From a virus: a DNA stretch of 64,000 nt. This document shows positions 52,983-62,429 of this stretch, one piece after another. The stretch's first letter is position 1. Each line of letters opens with the position of its first letter. The stretch spans positions 1 to 64,000 of IMG/VR virus record IMGVR_UViG_3300024261_000028. One strand, given 5' to 3'. The notes beneath the pieces were generated by a model. The model did not search any database and was not told where the DNA came from. It worked only from the letters and a program-made list of their open reading frames with translations. The position numbers and the translations under genes were made by a program.

Positions 52983-53554
52983 TGCTGTTCACCTTGTTCT
53001 GGACTACCGAACTCTCCTTTCAGAATACGTCTACCGACTGATCCAAGATCTTCATGTCCTACTTCACGAGCTGCTTTGAGCACCTCGTTTATTTGAATAC
53101 CAGCAGATTTCTCTACGGTTTCAAGTGCAGCACCTGGTCTTGGAGTTTGTGTAGAGAAGACTTGTTCTGATTGACTAAAGCTTTTCTCTTGCATAGAAAG
53201 ACCGTTTTTGTCAGTCTCTTTTGCATTTTCCTCGTCGGAATCTTTGACTCCGGCTTGGTTTGAATTGCTTTGATAATCGTCTGGAACCTTGACTTTTGCA
53301 CCAATATCGTCTTCTGCTGAAGTTTTAGGCTTTAGCGGTAAGTCGGTTGGTTCTTCCATGGCTTTAATTCTGGAATCAAAACTATCGACTTTTGCACCGA
53401 TACCTTTAATTTCGTCTTTAAGACCACTGATGTCAAATCCTTTGATTGTCTCTGTCAATGCTTGTAAAGATGAGTCAAATGCAGATTTCTCTACTTTTTT
53501 CTCTTCTTCTTCGTCTTCTTGTTTCTCGTCTTTATATTCTTTTTCGTCAGTCAT
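52976..53554 (-). CDS. putative scaffolding protein (192 aa, acidic, helical)
   Basis: Glu/Asp/Lys-rich; position between the protease and MCP genes. Confidence 0.55.
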   Translation of the reverse strand: MTDEKEYKDEKQEDEEEEKKVEKSAFDSSLQALTETIKGFDISGLKDEIKGIGAKVDSFDSRIKAMEEPTDLPLKPKTSAEDDIGAKVKVPDDYQSNSNQAGVKDSDEENAKETDKNGLSMQEKSFSQSEQVFSTQTPRPGAALETVEKSAGIQINEVLKAAREVGHEDLGSVGRRILKGEFGSPEQGEQQW

Positions 53555-53599
53555 GTTGTTACTTTATATACTGGAAAAGTAATATATAAGGATTGTCTA

Positions 53600-56500
53600 C
53601 TATGTCTGTTTTTTAATATCTGCTAGTAATTCTAACATTTTCACTGTTGCTTTATTATAATTCTCTGTTGATGCACCAGATACTGTGTCATCTTCTCCTG
53701 AGTATTTTGGATTTAGGTTTCCCCTGTCTTCTTCGCCTGTATAATTCTCTTCTTTTACCTCTCTTGGGTTGTCCTTTTGTCCTGTATCCTGTTGTGAGTT
53801 GTCATATGATGCCCCGGTTCTAATTCCTCCTGCACCGCTTCCTGGGTCCATTATAGCCGTATCTTTTCTTAGGCTTTCACCTGGGTTAATCTCTGCGTCT
53901 ATATTCTTACCTTCCACCTCTATTGAACAGTTACCATAATCTCCAGTTTGTACTTTCTTTTCTACTTCTAGAGCCTCTGCTGGGGGGTCGTTATCCAATC
54001 TCATCTTTCCATTAATACCGTCCTCAGCATTGTTTGCCGTCATGGCCCTGTCATTCTTTCCTAGTTTATTCATACCATCTTTTAATTCGTTCATTAATTC
54101 AATTGCTTTTATTGTATTTCCATCATTTGGATGGTTAGATGAATCATCATTCCAACATACTGCATCATAATAACGGTTTTTACAATTACCAACTACAATT
54201 TTTGGTTTGTTTAATTTATCTTTTTGTGGATCATTTTTCAAAGCCTCTGCATCCTCGTCCTCATACGGTCTGTTTACGTGTTTAGGCTGATTTACGTTGT
54301 GAATTGATGTTGACTCGTTATGATCACATGTCTCTCCCGGTTCTCTTCCTGCAAATCCACCCCTTCCTGGCTCTGTATATGGTGAATCTCCCGATGCCTT
54401 ACTCAATGCATTTTGTTTTGATCCTCCACCATGTTGATTTGATATCTTTCCTGTTTCTTCCCCTTCATTGCTTAATATCTTGGAATCCTTAAACTCTCCT
54501 AGATCTCCCAGTTTATCCCATTTATTACCGCTTCTCTTGTTACCTGTATCTTGATTAAACCTTGCACCTGTTGACTGTCTTCCAAATCTTTGTGAATTTG
54601 ACATGTTATTGGTATTTTTTCCCTCTTTTGGTATTGTCTCTATCCATCTGTTTGTCAATGCATCTTTTAACTCATCCATTAGTTTGATTGTTTCTGTTTT
54701 CTTTGAGTCTGTAGCTTTATCAGTTAGTATATTATCAGTCATATTATTATGGTTTCCTTTTGGAAATATTTTACTATGATGTGTATGTGAATCTCCTGTT
54801 TCTCCAGGACCTTTATCGTGGTAGTTGTCAAATATCACTTTTCTTTCATCTATTTTATTATCTCTCATATGATTTCGTATGGTTTTTTCTTGATGAGACG
54901 TCATTGGTCTATGTGTATGAACTGAAAATTCATTATTTTTATCATTATGTGTTACTCTTGCAGCACCTGTTTCTTTTAAAAATGATGATAAATTCTTATG
55001 TCCTATACGTCTTACCTGTTCTTCATGTGATGCCATTCCATCATGATTTGATATTTTACCATTAGTTGTAACAAAATGTCTTCCGTGAATGAAATTAGAT
55101 GTACCATTTCTAGCATGTAGTTTTTGTTCTGTCTTTAATATATTGTTTATGTCATTGATTATATCAAGTGCTTTTTTTTTGGAATCTTCGTCTTTAGATC
55201 CATCATCAGATTCGTCATCTTTATACTCCCTTACCACCTCACATGTATTGTAATCAGTTTTTAAAAAATATGGATTTTTTAGTTTGTCTGCATCTTTATT
55301 TGCAATTTTTTCCAATTCGTCTGCTTTTATAGCAAATAATACCTTTAATACGTCTAATGTTTTAGTAAAGTTGTTAATATATGTCTCTGTTGGTATTGTT
55401 AATGTTCCTTGTGATCCTCTTCTTGAAGTAGAACTATCTATTGTCGTTGTGCCTGTTTTATGGTCATGTGTTACGGTTGCACTAGGTTTAATTTTTTTGC
55501 CGCCTACCTTTGGTGGGGCTGTTGATGGCTTGTTCCAGTTACCTTCTTGTCTTCTTTTTAATTGGTCTGGAGTCATAGAACGGTTAGGTGTTACTGATTC
55601 TGGTTGTACAGTACTGTATCTTGATCCAGGTTTGTCTTGTCCTGTATCCACATCTGATGGTTTTGTATGCATGAATTTTGGCATTTTTTTGCCATATTTA
55701 TCCTTGCCATCCTCCGTGTATTGTGGTTCTATGCCGTCTGCCTTACAAAGGTCTTCACATGTCATATCGCATGATGAACCACATGATTCAGGACCTGGTG
55801 CTAATTCTTCAGCTGCACCTCTTGCTGCACCTCTTGCTGCACCGGCTGCACCTCTTGCTGCACCGGCTGCTGCACCACCTATTCTAGATGCGGCCATTCC
55901 TATTAATGGTAATATCTTTTCTACTTCTTCCAAGTCTGCTTCTTCTAGCATCTCGTCATCATCTTTTGGTTTAATTGCTTTATCATCTTTAACTTGAATC
56001 TGTTTACTTGCTCTTAATGCATTTGCTTCTATCTTTTTTGGATCTGTTTCTGTAGGATCAGGATCTCTATATGTTTTATCTGTTCCATGATAGGTAGCCC
56101 CGTTTTCCTGTGGCTCTCCCCTGTTGTTTTCCAGGGCCTCTGCATCATCATCCTTGTTTGGTGAATTTGGACCATTTACATCTGCATAAGTGTCATCTCC
56201 TTTCTCGGAATATCCTTTATCTATATAACATTTAAACTTGTCACATCTGATACACATTGTACCGTCACCTCTATCTTTGACATTACCTGCCATTGCCTTT
56301 GCTATCTCATTATGTTGAGTTATTAGTGCCAATGGTACTGCTGGTTCCTCACATACGGCTACTTCATACTGTTCCAAATCTTTTAGGGAGTATGCTACTG
56401 ATCCGTCTTTTTGCATTATTGGTGTTCTATTGGATTTAGTTGCTCCTCCGAATGAAAGTCCCTTATATTTTCCCGACTTTATGGCTTTCCAGATTTCATC

Positions 56501-56812
56501 GTCAAGTTCATAATCTCTAAAGATTTCACCCTGTATTGTTATTGCAGGATATGACTTCCCTTTCTCGTCTGTTACGGTTGTTGAACCGAAATTTATGCCT
56601 TGACCTACAACTCTGTTGGAGTGTGTGTCTGTTATAGGGCCTCCCCTTGCTATCCAAATAGGTAAAACTTTCAATAACTCGTCACGTACGGTGATTTCGC
56701 CTTGTCTGTCTTTCATTTCAACTGTTAGCACCCCTTCAAATAATCTTCTAGAGCTTGTAATAGCTGTTAAATTTTTGGTGACCAGTTTGGAAAAAAACAA
56801 TCGTTCTACCAT
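53600..56812 (-). CDS. prohead (capsid maturation) protease fused to a long repetitive extension (1070 aa)
   Basis: N-terminal ~190 aa: FEGVLTVEMKDRQGE...PITDTHSNRVVGQ...YKGLSFGG (His and Ser contexts of HK97-type S78 proteases); the remainder is low-complexity with repeated motifs. Confidence 0.7.
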   Translation of the reverse strand: MVERLFFSKLVTKNLTAITSSRRLFEGVLTVEMKDRQGEITVRDELLKVLPIWIARGGPITDTHSNRVVGQGINFGSTTVTDEKGKSYPAITIQGEIFRDYELDDEIWKAIKSGKYKGLSFGGATKSNRTPIMQKDGSVAYSLKDLEQYEVAVCEEPAVPLALITQHNEIAKAMAGNVKDRGDGTMCIRCDKFKCYIDKGYSEKGDDTYADVNGPNSPNKDDDAEALENNRGEPQENGATYHGTDKTYRDPDPTETDPKKIEANALRASKQIQVKDDKAIKPKDDDEMLEEADLEEVEKILPLIGMAASRIGGAAAGAARGAAGAARGAARGAAEELAPGPESCGSSCDMTCEDLCKADGIEPQYTEDGKDKYGKKMPKFMHTKPSDVDTGQDKPGSRYSTVQPESVTPNRSMTPDQLKRRQEGNWNKPSTAPPKVGGKKIKPSATVTHDHKTGTTTIDSSTSRRGSQGTLTIPTETYINNFTKTLDVLKVLFAIKADELEKIANKDADKLKNPYFLKTDYNTCEVVREYKDDESDDGSKDEDSKKKALDIINDINNILKTEQKLHARNGTSNFIHGRHFVTTNGKISNHDGMASHEEQVRRIGHKNLSSFLKETGAARVTHNDKNNEFSVHTHRPMTSHQEKTIRNHMRDNKIDERKVIFDNYHDKGPGETGDSHTHHSKIFPKGNHNNMTDNILTDKATDSKKTETIKLMDELKDALTNRWIETIPKEGKNTNNMSNSQRFGRQSTGARFNQDTGNKRSGNKWDKLGDLGEFKDSKILSNEGEETGKISNQHGGGSKQNALSKASGDSPYTEPGRGGFAGREPGETCDHNESTSIHNVNQPKHVNRPYEDEDAEALKNDPQKDKLNKPKIVVGNCKNRYYDAVCWNDDSSNHPNDGNTIKAIELMNELKDGMNKLGKNDRAMTANNAEDGINGKMRLDNDPPAEALEVEKKVQTGDYGNCSIEVEGKNIDAEINPGESLRKDTAIMDPGSGAGGIRTGASYDNSQQDTGQKDNPREVKEENYTGEEDRGNLNPKYSGEDDTVSGASTENYNKATVKMLELLADIKKQT

Positions 56813-56832
56813 GACTAATTATATCGCTCATC

Positions 56833-56840
56833 ATATATAA
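56833..56840 (-). promoter_or_regulatory. TATA box for the protease-fusion gene
   Basis: TTATATAT on the minus strand, 21-28 nt upstream of ATG 56812. Confidence 0.45.
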
Positions 56841-56890
56841 TAATATCTATAAAAATGTAGAGTGGTTATACTTAGATTTGTCAAAAACGT

Positions 56891-57088
56891 CTAAGATGTA
56901 ACTACTGTGTTTCTGTTTTTTGCAACGTCGGCTGCTAGAACTAATGCTAATGGTGCTAGGATTGCTGCCAAGCCCTGTATGTCTGTTATTGGCAGTTTAT
57001 CCAATAAGAAGGCAGGTGCAACTATAGCGGTGTATGCCCATAAAGCATGATATCTAAGTCGACCAGCTAGTTCGAATACCATACTCAC
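56891..57088 (-). CDS. small membrane protein (65 aa, two hydrophobic segments)
   Basis: ORF track. Confidence 0.45.
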   Translation of the reverse strand: MSMVFELAGRLRYHALWAYTAIVAPAFLLDKLPITDIQGLAAILAPLALVLAADVAKNRNTVVTS

Positions 57089-57115
57089 TTCACGTTAATA
57101 CCCTATATAAACTTT

Positions 57116-57424
57116 TTAGTAGTCGTCAGTAAGTATATCCTTTGTGACTTCCTCAAATGCCGTATCTATATCTGGGTGTATTTCCTTGTTTTTCTTGTCC
57201 AGTCTCTTTGACAGTATCACTATTGCCTTTCTCATTAATGCAGCGTCATACTTGCATCTTCTGTTCAATTCTTCAACCTTTTCACATAACTTATCTATCT
57301 CCAGTTGATTTTTTTCAATTTCCTGTTTCTTGTCCTTAAAATACTTGAATATATACGCTGACAGTCCTGTTACTATGAATAATATTGCCCCTGCAATTAC
57401 ATCGCCTAGAAAATTAAATTCCAT
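57116..57424 (-). CDS. N-terminally anchored coiled-coil protein (102 aa)
   Basis: ORF track; one N-terminal TM segment followed by a charged helix. Confidence 0.5.
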   Translation of the reverse strand: MEFNFLGDVIAGAILFIVTGLSAYIFKYFKDKKQEIEKNQLEIDKLCEKVEELNRRCKYDAALMRKAIVILSKRLDKKNKEIHPDIDTAFEEVTKDILTDDY

Positions 57425-57449
57425 ATATCTTTATATAGTTACAACTTAT

Positions 57450-57674
57450 TTAAAGAATCGGCTTCAATAGTTTGTCTTCTATCAATTCAATTATTATTGT
57501 TTGATCTCTCATTATTAAGTTTGTAAACTCATCTACTATATTTGGATATACTGTAAAATAACCGCATCCCCAGCACAGTTTAAACTGATAATTTTTTACT
57601 ATTCCGTTTGATTCCCTATCAATGGTATATCTGGATATTATACATTTGCATTTTTTACAATCGTTATATCCCAT
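57450..57674 (-). CDS. zinc-ribbon protein (74 aa)
   Basis: ORF track; CKKCKC...CWGCG. Confidence 0.45.
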   Translation of the reverse strand: MGYNDCKKCKCIISRYTIDRESNGIVKNYQFKLCWGCGYFTVYPNIVDEFTNLIMRDQTIIIELIEDKLLKPIL

Positions 57675-57677
57675 GCA

Positions 57678-57685
57678 TTTATATA
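57678..57685 (+). promoter_or_regulatory. TATA box for plus-strand gene 57709
   Basis: TTTATATA, 24-31 nt upstream of ATG 57709. Confidence 0.5.
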
Positions 57686-57708
57686 AGTGTCACTCATATA
57701 TAATAATA

Positions 57709-58143
57709 ATGACAAACGCATCAGTATATGTGTATGACACACTGGAAGAATATATGTTGTTTTATCCTCAAGGACAAGACGAGATAGCTGAAACTCATCT
57801 TTCCTCATTATGGCTTAATGATAAAAGTATAGTTCTTGTCAGTGACATACGTTCAGGTACGGCAGGTTACAAGCCAGACTTTTCCAAGTCTCTTGTTTAT
57901 TTTGATCTAGGTGAAAAAGAATTTAAAAAATATGAGGACAAGTTCGAACCTATAGTCGAAATTGAAATTGAACCTAAACACAACAGAGTTGTATTTTCTG
58001 GCATGGAAATACAACATACATTGGCAATCGCACGTAGAGTAAAATCAGGTAGTATGAATAATAAAAAAAGACATATAAAGGGTTATGTTCTATATGACGA
58101 TACCAGACCAAGAGTGAACCTAATCATAAAACCGGTTCATTAA
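57709..58143 (+). CDS. hypothetical protein (144 aa from ATG 57709; track start 57622), opposite-strand insert in the head module
   Basis: ORF track; upstream part overlaps minus gene 57450..57674; ATG 57709 has the canonical TATA spacing. Confidence 0.5.
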   Translation: MTNASVYVYDTLEEYMLFYPQGQDEIAETHLSSLWLNDKSIVLVSDIRSGTAGYKPDFSKSLVYFDLGEKEFKKYEDKFEPIVEIEIEPKHNRVVFSGMEIQHTLAIARRVKSGSMNNKKRHIKGYVLYDDTRPRVNLIIKPVH

Positions 58144-58158
58144 TTTTTGATTAAAGTT

Positions 58159-58644
58159 TTATTTTCTATAATGCCTGGTAAATCCATCTTGAAACAAAAA
58201 GTCTTTTCCAAGATTACGTCTCATGGATTTCCAGAATGGGTCCACTTTAGTAGTTCCTCCTGCACGTCTAAAATCCCTTAATGTCTCTCTAACTTTATAG
58301 TGACAGTTGTAACACAGTCTTGCATTCATCTGTTTTATACTCCAATCATATCTTCCACAAAACATACACATATCCCATCCCTTGTCTGCTACCGTTACCA
58401 ATGTAAACTCATGTCCTCTGTTTCGTCTGCAATGTTCACACACATTAAAAAGTGTTGCCGATACCGCTTTCTTTTTTTCACATCTCCAACAAAATCCTTC
58501 TTTGTGATTGTTCACTCTTTTTTGTTCATCTTTCTGATGCATATCCCAAATCTTGTTACCTGCGGCTGTTCCACCAGTATTTACATTTAGTTTATCAGCC
58601 AAGATTGTCTCCATTTTTATCTTTCCATGCGTCAAATGCACCAC
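58159..58644 (-). CDS. multi-zinc-ribbon protein (161 aa)
   Basis: ORF track; CWRCEKK, CEHCRRN, CMFCGR, CYNCHYK. Confidence 0.55.
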   Translation of the reverse strand: MVHLTHGKIKMETILADKLNVNTGGTAAGNKIWDMHQKDEQKRVNNHKEGFCWRCEKKKAVSATLFNVCEHCRRNRGHEFTLVTVADKGWDMCMFCGRYDWSIKQMNARLCYNCHYKVRETLRDFRRAGGTTKVDPFWKSMRRNLGKDFLFQDGFTRHYRK

Positions 58645-58852
58645 CTATCTCCTTACTTACTATTGCCTCTATTGCTTCTACTGGTATATCTGTTAATTTT
58701 TGTATGTTTTTTACTATTGTTGTTGGATCATTGGAATGGAGCCCCTGCATTAAGCATTGTCTGACCATGTCATAATTTTCAGGTGTGACGTATTCGTATG
58801 GATCTTTTTTTCTGTTAAACATTTTAGTTATTAAACCCCCTATATGCGTCAT
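58595..58852 (-). CDS. hypothetical protein (85 aa)
   Basis: ORF track. Confidence 0.45.
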   Translation of the reverse strand: MTHIGGLITKMFNRKKDPYEYVTPENYDMVRQCLMQGLHSNDPTTIVKNIQKLTDIPVEAIEAIVSKEIGGAFDAWKDKNGDNLG

Positions 58853-59005
58853 CTATTTCACACTGCAAACATGTATGCATATAACTGTCTTTACCACATA
58901 GATTACATTTGTATAGTTTTCTAATGTATGTTTTACCATCGAATGATTTTTTTATGCCTTTAATGAATTTATCAAACATATATATCATCTATGATTGATT
59001 GTAAT

Positions 59006-59881
59006 TTAAACTTTACCTTTAATCATTGTTAGTTGTGAATCTGTTTTTATTGTTATCACATCACCTCTTAATATAAGTCCTGATACTTTTGGTCTGTTTG
59101 GATCAGACACTATATGTCCTTTGAATTTGGCATCTGATTTGAGTTGGCTACTTATCATAGGTTCACCTAAAACTTTACCTTGACTGTCAATCATCTCAGT
59201 ATACCATATGTTTTTTCTGATATCAAATCGAAGTCTAAACAGTATGCATTCATCAGGTATTACCACGTTTCCTTTTATTTCTCCAAGTCTACCTTTGCCG
59301 TTTCCATTGATAAGAATATGTCCCTTATCCAATTCCACAACATCCTTGATATTGTCTTTTGCGAGTGTGAATCTTCCGTGATGAATTCCGTCGAACCATG
59401 ACCTTGTACCTATTGGTGCTGTGGATGTAATCATCTGTGTATATTCAGACATAATGCTGTCAAATTCACCCATTTTTTTTCCTGTTTTTAACGATTCCAG
59501 CCACCATTTGTGGTTGTTTGGATCTCTTTGATTGGAATAAACAAATCCCAACTGTGCTATATCCCAATCTACTTCCATTGGAAGCAGTGATCTGCCTTTG
59601 ATAGTTTTTTCAATATCTGCCTGTTTCATGGCATTTCCTCTTGGTCTGACGCCTTTCAAGTTCCATACAAGTGAAGATTGAAATTTTGGTGTTCCGTTTT
59701 CTGCCGTTTCATATGGGTTTACTCTTATTTGTGGGTTGATTTCAAATACCATATCATAACCAACCTCAGTTCTAACGATAAGGGTTTTAATATCTGATTT
59801 AAATCGTATGGATCTATATACATCATTTTTTGGGTCTGATTCATTCTTTGTTATTGTAGATTTAATTTTCTTTTTACCCAT
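59006..59881 (-). CDS. hypothetical protein (291 aa), possibly a minor head protein
   Basis: ORF track; directly downstream of the portal gene; own TATA box. Confidence 0.55.
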   Translation of the reverse strand: MGKKKIKSTITKNESDPKNDVYRSIRFKSDIKTLIVRTEVGYDMVFEINPQIRVNPYETAENGTPKFQSSLVWNLKGVRPRGNAMKQADIEKTIKGRSLLPMEVDWDIAQLGFVYSNQRDPNNHKWWLESLKTGKKMGEFDSIMSEYTQMITSTAPIGTRSWFDGIHHGRFTLAKDNIKDVVELDKGHILINGNGKGRLGEIKGNVVIPDECILFRLRFDIRKNIWYTEMIDSQGKVLGEPMISSQLKSDAKFKGHIVSDPNRPKVSGLILRGDVITIKTDSQLTMIKGKV

Positions 59882-59904
59882 GTAGTATTATATATCTTAA
59901 ACCG

Positions 59905-59912
59905 TATATAAA
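59905..59912 (-). promoter_or_regulatory. TATA box for gene starting at 59881
   Basis: TTTATATA on the minus strand, 24-31 nt upstream of the ATG. Confidence 0.45.
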
Positions 59913-59919
59913 TGTTATT

Positions 59920-62046
59920 TTATTCGTCTTCTTTCTGTATGTCAGGCATTCCTTCTTTTCTTATTGTATATGTTGGGTTGCCTCTTGATTTTTTTCTTCT
60001 TACAGTTTCTGCCAATCCAGGTAATGTTTCTTCTTCTTCATCTGTTATTGTTGGGAAGTATATTGTCCCCGATTTTTTGTGTTGGAATTCCCATGTCTTG
60101 ATCATGTTTCTAGCATCATCTTCCGATACCGACCCGTCTTTTGTTATCTTTCTGATCCAGAAATCTTCAGTATGCCCAATTGAACTTTCTGATTTTTGTG
60201 ACGAATTAAATGCACCTGATCTCTGTTTGCCTCCAGCAGTTGGACTACCTTGACCGGCACCACCTGGGTCACTTGGCCTGTTGTTCATAGGACCTCCCTG
60301 TTTTGATCCTGCAGTACGTTCACCATTACCTGTTGTAGATGCACCCCTTCCTTGTTTCTGTCCTTCTGGGTCTGCTTCTTGCATGGCCATACCAAGTTCT
60401 GCCTGTTGTTCCATGGCAGCCATATCTGGCAGCATGACCTGTTCGAATGTTGGCTCCTTTCCGACAACCCAGTCTCCAGTATGTGTTCTCTTGACATCAA
60501 ATCCCATTTGTTGCAGGGTTGCGTTGTTCTGGATCTCCTGTGCCTTTATTTCGAGATCTCTGAGTTCATCGGCTTCTTCACCTTCTCTAAGTCGCAAAGT
60601 CCAATCATTAACCATTAGTTCTTTTGCCAATCTGTCGAAAATATGTGTCTTTAAAAAGTCTTGTGACCACTTTACATGTCTGTTTGTGATTGTAACCTGC
60701 ATTCCTTCATTTGCCCATCCTGATGGAAGTTCTCCAAAGTAAAGAGGTAATACTCCGTATGCTGCTCCTATAATCTGTCTTAGTTCTCTTCTTATATCTA
60801 TAAATTGTAATTCTTTTAGGGACCCCGTGAAATCAATCCATTGTGCTGCCTGACCTGTTCCTCCCTTGTCAGATTCTACCAATAATGGGTGTATCATGTA
60901 AGGATCTTCTGTTGCTCTTTGCTCCAACGTGTTCCATGACTTTCTAAAAGTCTCATAGTTTCTTGATGCAATAACCAAAAGACCTCTTGGTGGACGCATC
61001 TTGTCAAAGTATTTTCTAATATATTCATCCATATGTGATAATGACATTATCTTGCTCCATAAGGCATAAATTGGTGAAAAACCATAAATTAATCCTGGTT
61101 TGTATTTTCCTGCTACCCAAATAACTTCTCCTTGTGCATAAATTACTCTTTTTGGTTGTGGTATACCTACTGAATATACAGATGATACCTCTAATAATGC
61201 TTTTAATGCTTCCGCACCACATCTATCACAATGTGGTTTGGTGAGCCTTTTATCTCTATGTTCAAATCTTGGACAAACATATACAGCATTTCTTTTGTCG
61301 TCAAATCCAACCCTTCCGTCTGAATCTGCTATTATTGCCACTTGTGGAGGGTCTATTCTTATCAATTCTTTTATCTTTGTCTTCTTTTTATCAATCTTAC
61401 CAGTAACATCATTAACATAATAATTCTTTAACAGTAATAGATAGCAGTTATCAGCAACTTCCAAGTCTCTTTCTAACATTCTACCTACATCTTCCATTGT
61501 TTGGTCGTTATTATTGACGAAACATGTGAATAATTGTTGTAAAATTTTACGATTTTCAGGTTTTGGTCTAGCAATATCTCCTGAACCACAGTCATCACAT
61601 TCTGCTGGTGTGTCTTCTTCCTTTAAACTTGGCATTCCGGCCTTGTTTAGTATCTTGTTTGCATGTGTAAGTTTTTTTGCCGGTGCTTTATCCAAGTCAG
61701 CATCCTCTGGTGGACCTTCTTTTCTGTCAAAAGAGTCATTTTTGGATGGTTTGCCGTCAAATTCCTTTCCACAGTTGTTACACTTGTATTTGTACTTTTC
61801 AACTACCTCAAATCCGTTCTTAAACATCTCTCTATTGATAGTTTCAATGGAAATTCTTAGAGCGTCAACATTATCTGACAACTCATAGATCATTATAAGT
61901 GGAAATGGAAAAATTGGGAGTTTAGCACCTGTATCAGTTGCCATATATGGCTGCATAATGGCTGGTCTGGATGTAGTTTCAGTATAACCTTTATCGACTG
62001 ACGTTAAAGCCTTATAAGCACTTGTAAACCTGTCCTTAAATCCCAT
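59920..62046 (-). CDS. portal protein with zinc-ribbon insertions and a disordered C-terminal tail (708 aa)
   Basis: Portal-like core (RISIETINREMFKNGFEV..., GFSPIYALWSKIMSL..., IRRELRQIIGAAYGVLPLYFG); CxxC pairs YKCNNCGKEF/ECDDCGSG and CPRFEH/HCDRCGAE; Gly/Pro-rich region near the C-terminus. Confidence 0.8.
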   Translation of the reverse strand: MGFKDRFTSAYKALTSVDKGYTETTSRPAIMQPYMATDTGAKLPIFPFPLIMIYELSDNVDALRISIETINREMFKNGFEVVEKYKYKCNNCGKEFDGKPSKNDSFDRKEGPPEDADLDKAPAKKLTHANKILNKAGMPSLKEEDTPAECDDCGSGDIARPKPENRKILQQLFTCFVNNNDQTMEDVGRMLERDLEVADNCYLLLLKNYYVNDVTGKIDKKKTKIKELIRIDPPQVAIIADSDGRVGFDDKRNAVYVCPRFEHRDKRLTKPHCDRCGAEALKALLEVSSVYSVGIPQPKRVIYAQGEVIWVAGKYKPGLIYGFSPIYALWSKIMSLSHMDEYIRKYFDKMRPPRGLLVIASRNYETFRKSWNTLEQRATEDPYMIHPLLVESDKGGTGQAAQWIDFTGSLKELQFIDIRRELRQIIGAAYGVLPLYFGELPSGWANEGMQVTITNRHVKWSQDFLKTHIFDRLAKELMVNDWTLRLREGEEADELRDLEIKAQEIQNNATLQQMGFDVKRTHTGDWVVGKEPTFEQVMLPDMAAMEQQAELGMAMQEADPEGQKQGRGASTTGNGERTAGSKQGGPMNNRPSDPGGAGQGSPTAGGKQRSGAFNSSQKSESSIGHTEDFWIRKITKDGSVSEDDARNMIKTWEFQHKKSGTIYFPTITDEEEETLPGLAETVRRKKSRGNPTYTIRKEGMPDIQKEDE

Positions 62047-62067
62047 ATTAACTATTATGTTCCTCTG

Positions 62068-62075
62068 TATATAAA
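62068..62075 (-). promoter_or_regulatory. TATA box for the portal gene
   Basis: TTTATATA on the minus strand, 22-29 nt upstream of ATG 62046. Confidence 0.5.
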
Positions 62076-62307
62076 GTTATTTGAAAATTTTCTGAAAAAG
62101 TGAAAATAAATTTATTTATTGAAAAATTTTTGTAATTAAATGAATATTTTCAGTGGTTAGATGACGTCTCTAACGCTCTTTCTAACCTGAGTAATCACTG
62201 AATGGTTTAAGAAGGCTACCGTATAAGGGTAATCCTTGACAACCAATATATATATACGTCGTTGACTAATATAAACTTACCTGTATTTAACTCTATCTTA
62301 AATTACA

Positions 62308-62397
62308 TTAACAGTTGCATTTAACACATTCACAGTCAGTACACTTACAAACACCGTGGTCTTCACAATCACATTTTGGACATTCACATGCACTCAT
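62308..62397 (-). CDS. metallothionein-like CxC-rich mini-protein (29 aa)
   Basis: Own reading: MSACECPKCDCEDHGVCKCTDCECVKCNC (10 Cys in 29 aa); TATA box 62420..62427 lies 23-30 nt upstream of the ATG. Confidence 0.5.
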   Translation of the reverse strand: MSACECPKCDCEDHGVCKCTDCECVKCNC

Positions 62398-62419
62398 GTA
62401 TAGATAAACGTGAAAATGA

Positions 62420-62427
62420 TATATAAA
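62420..62427 (-). promoter_or_regulatory. TATA box for the CxC-rich mini-ORF
   Basis: TTTATATA on the minus strand with the canonical spacing. Confidence 0.5.
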
Positions 62428-62429
62428 GA

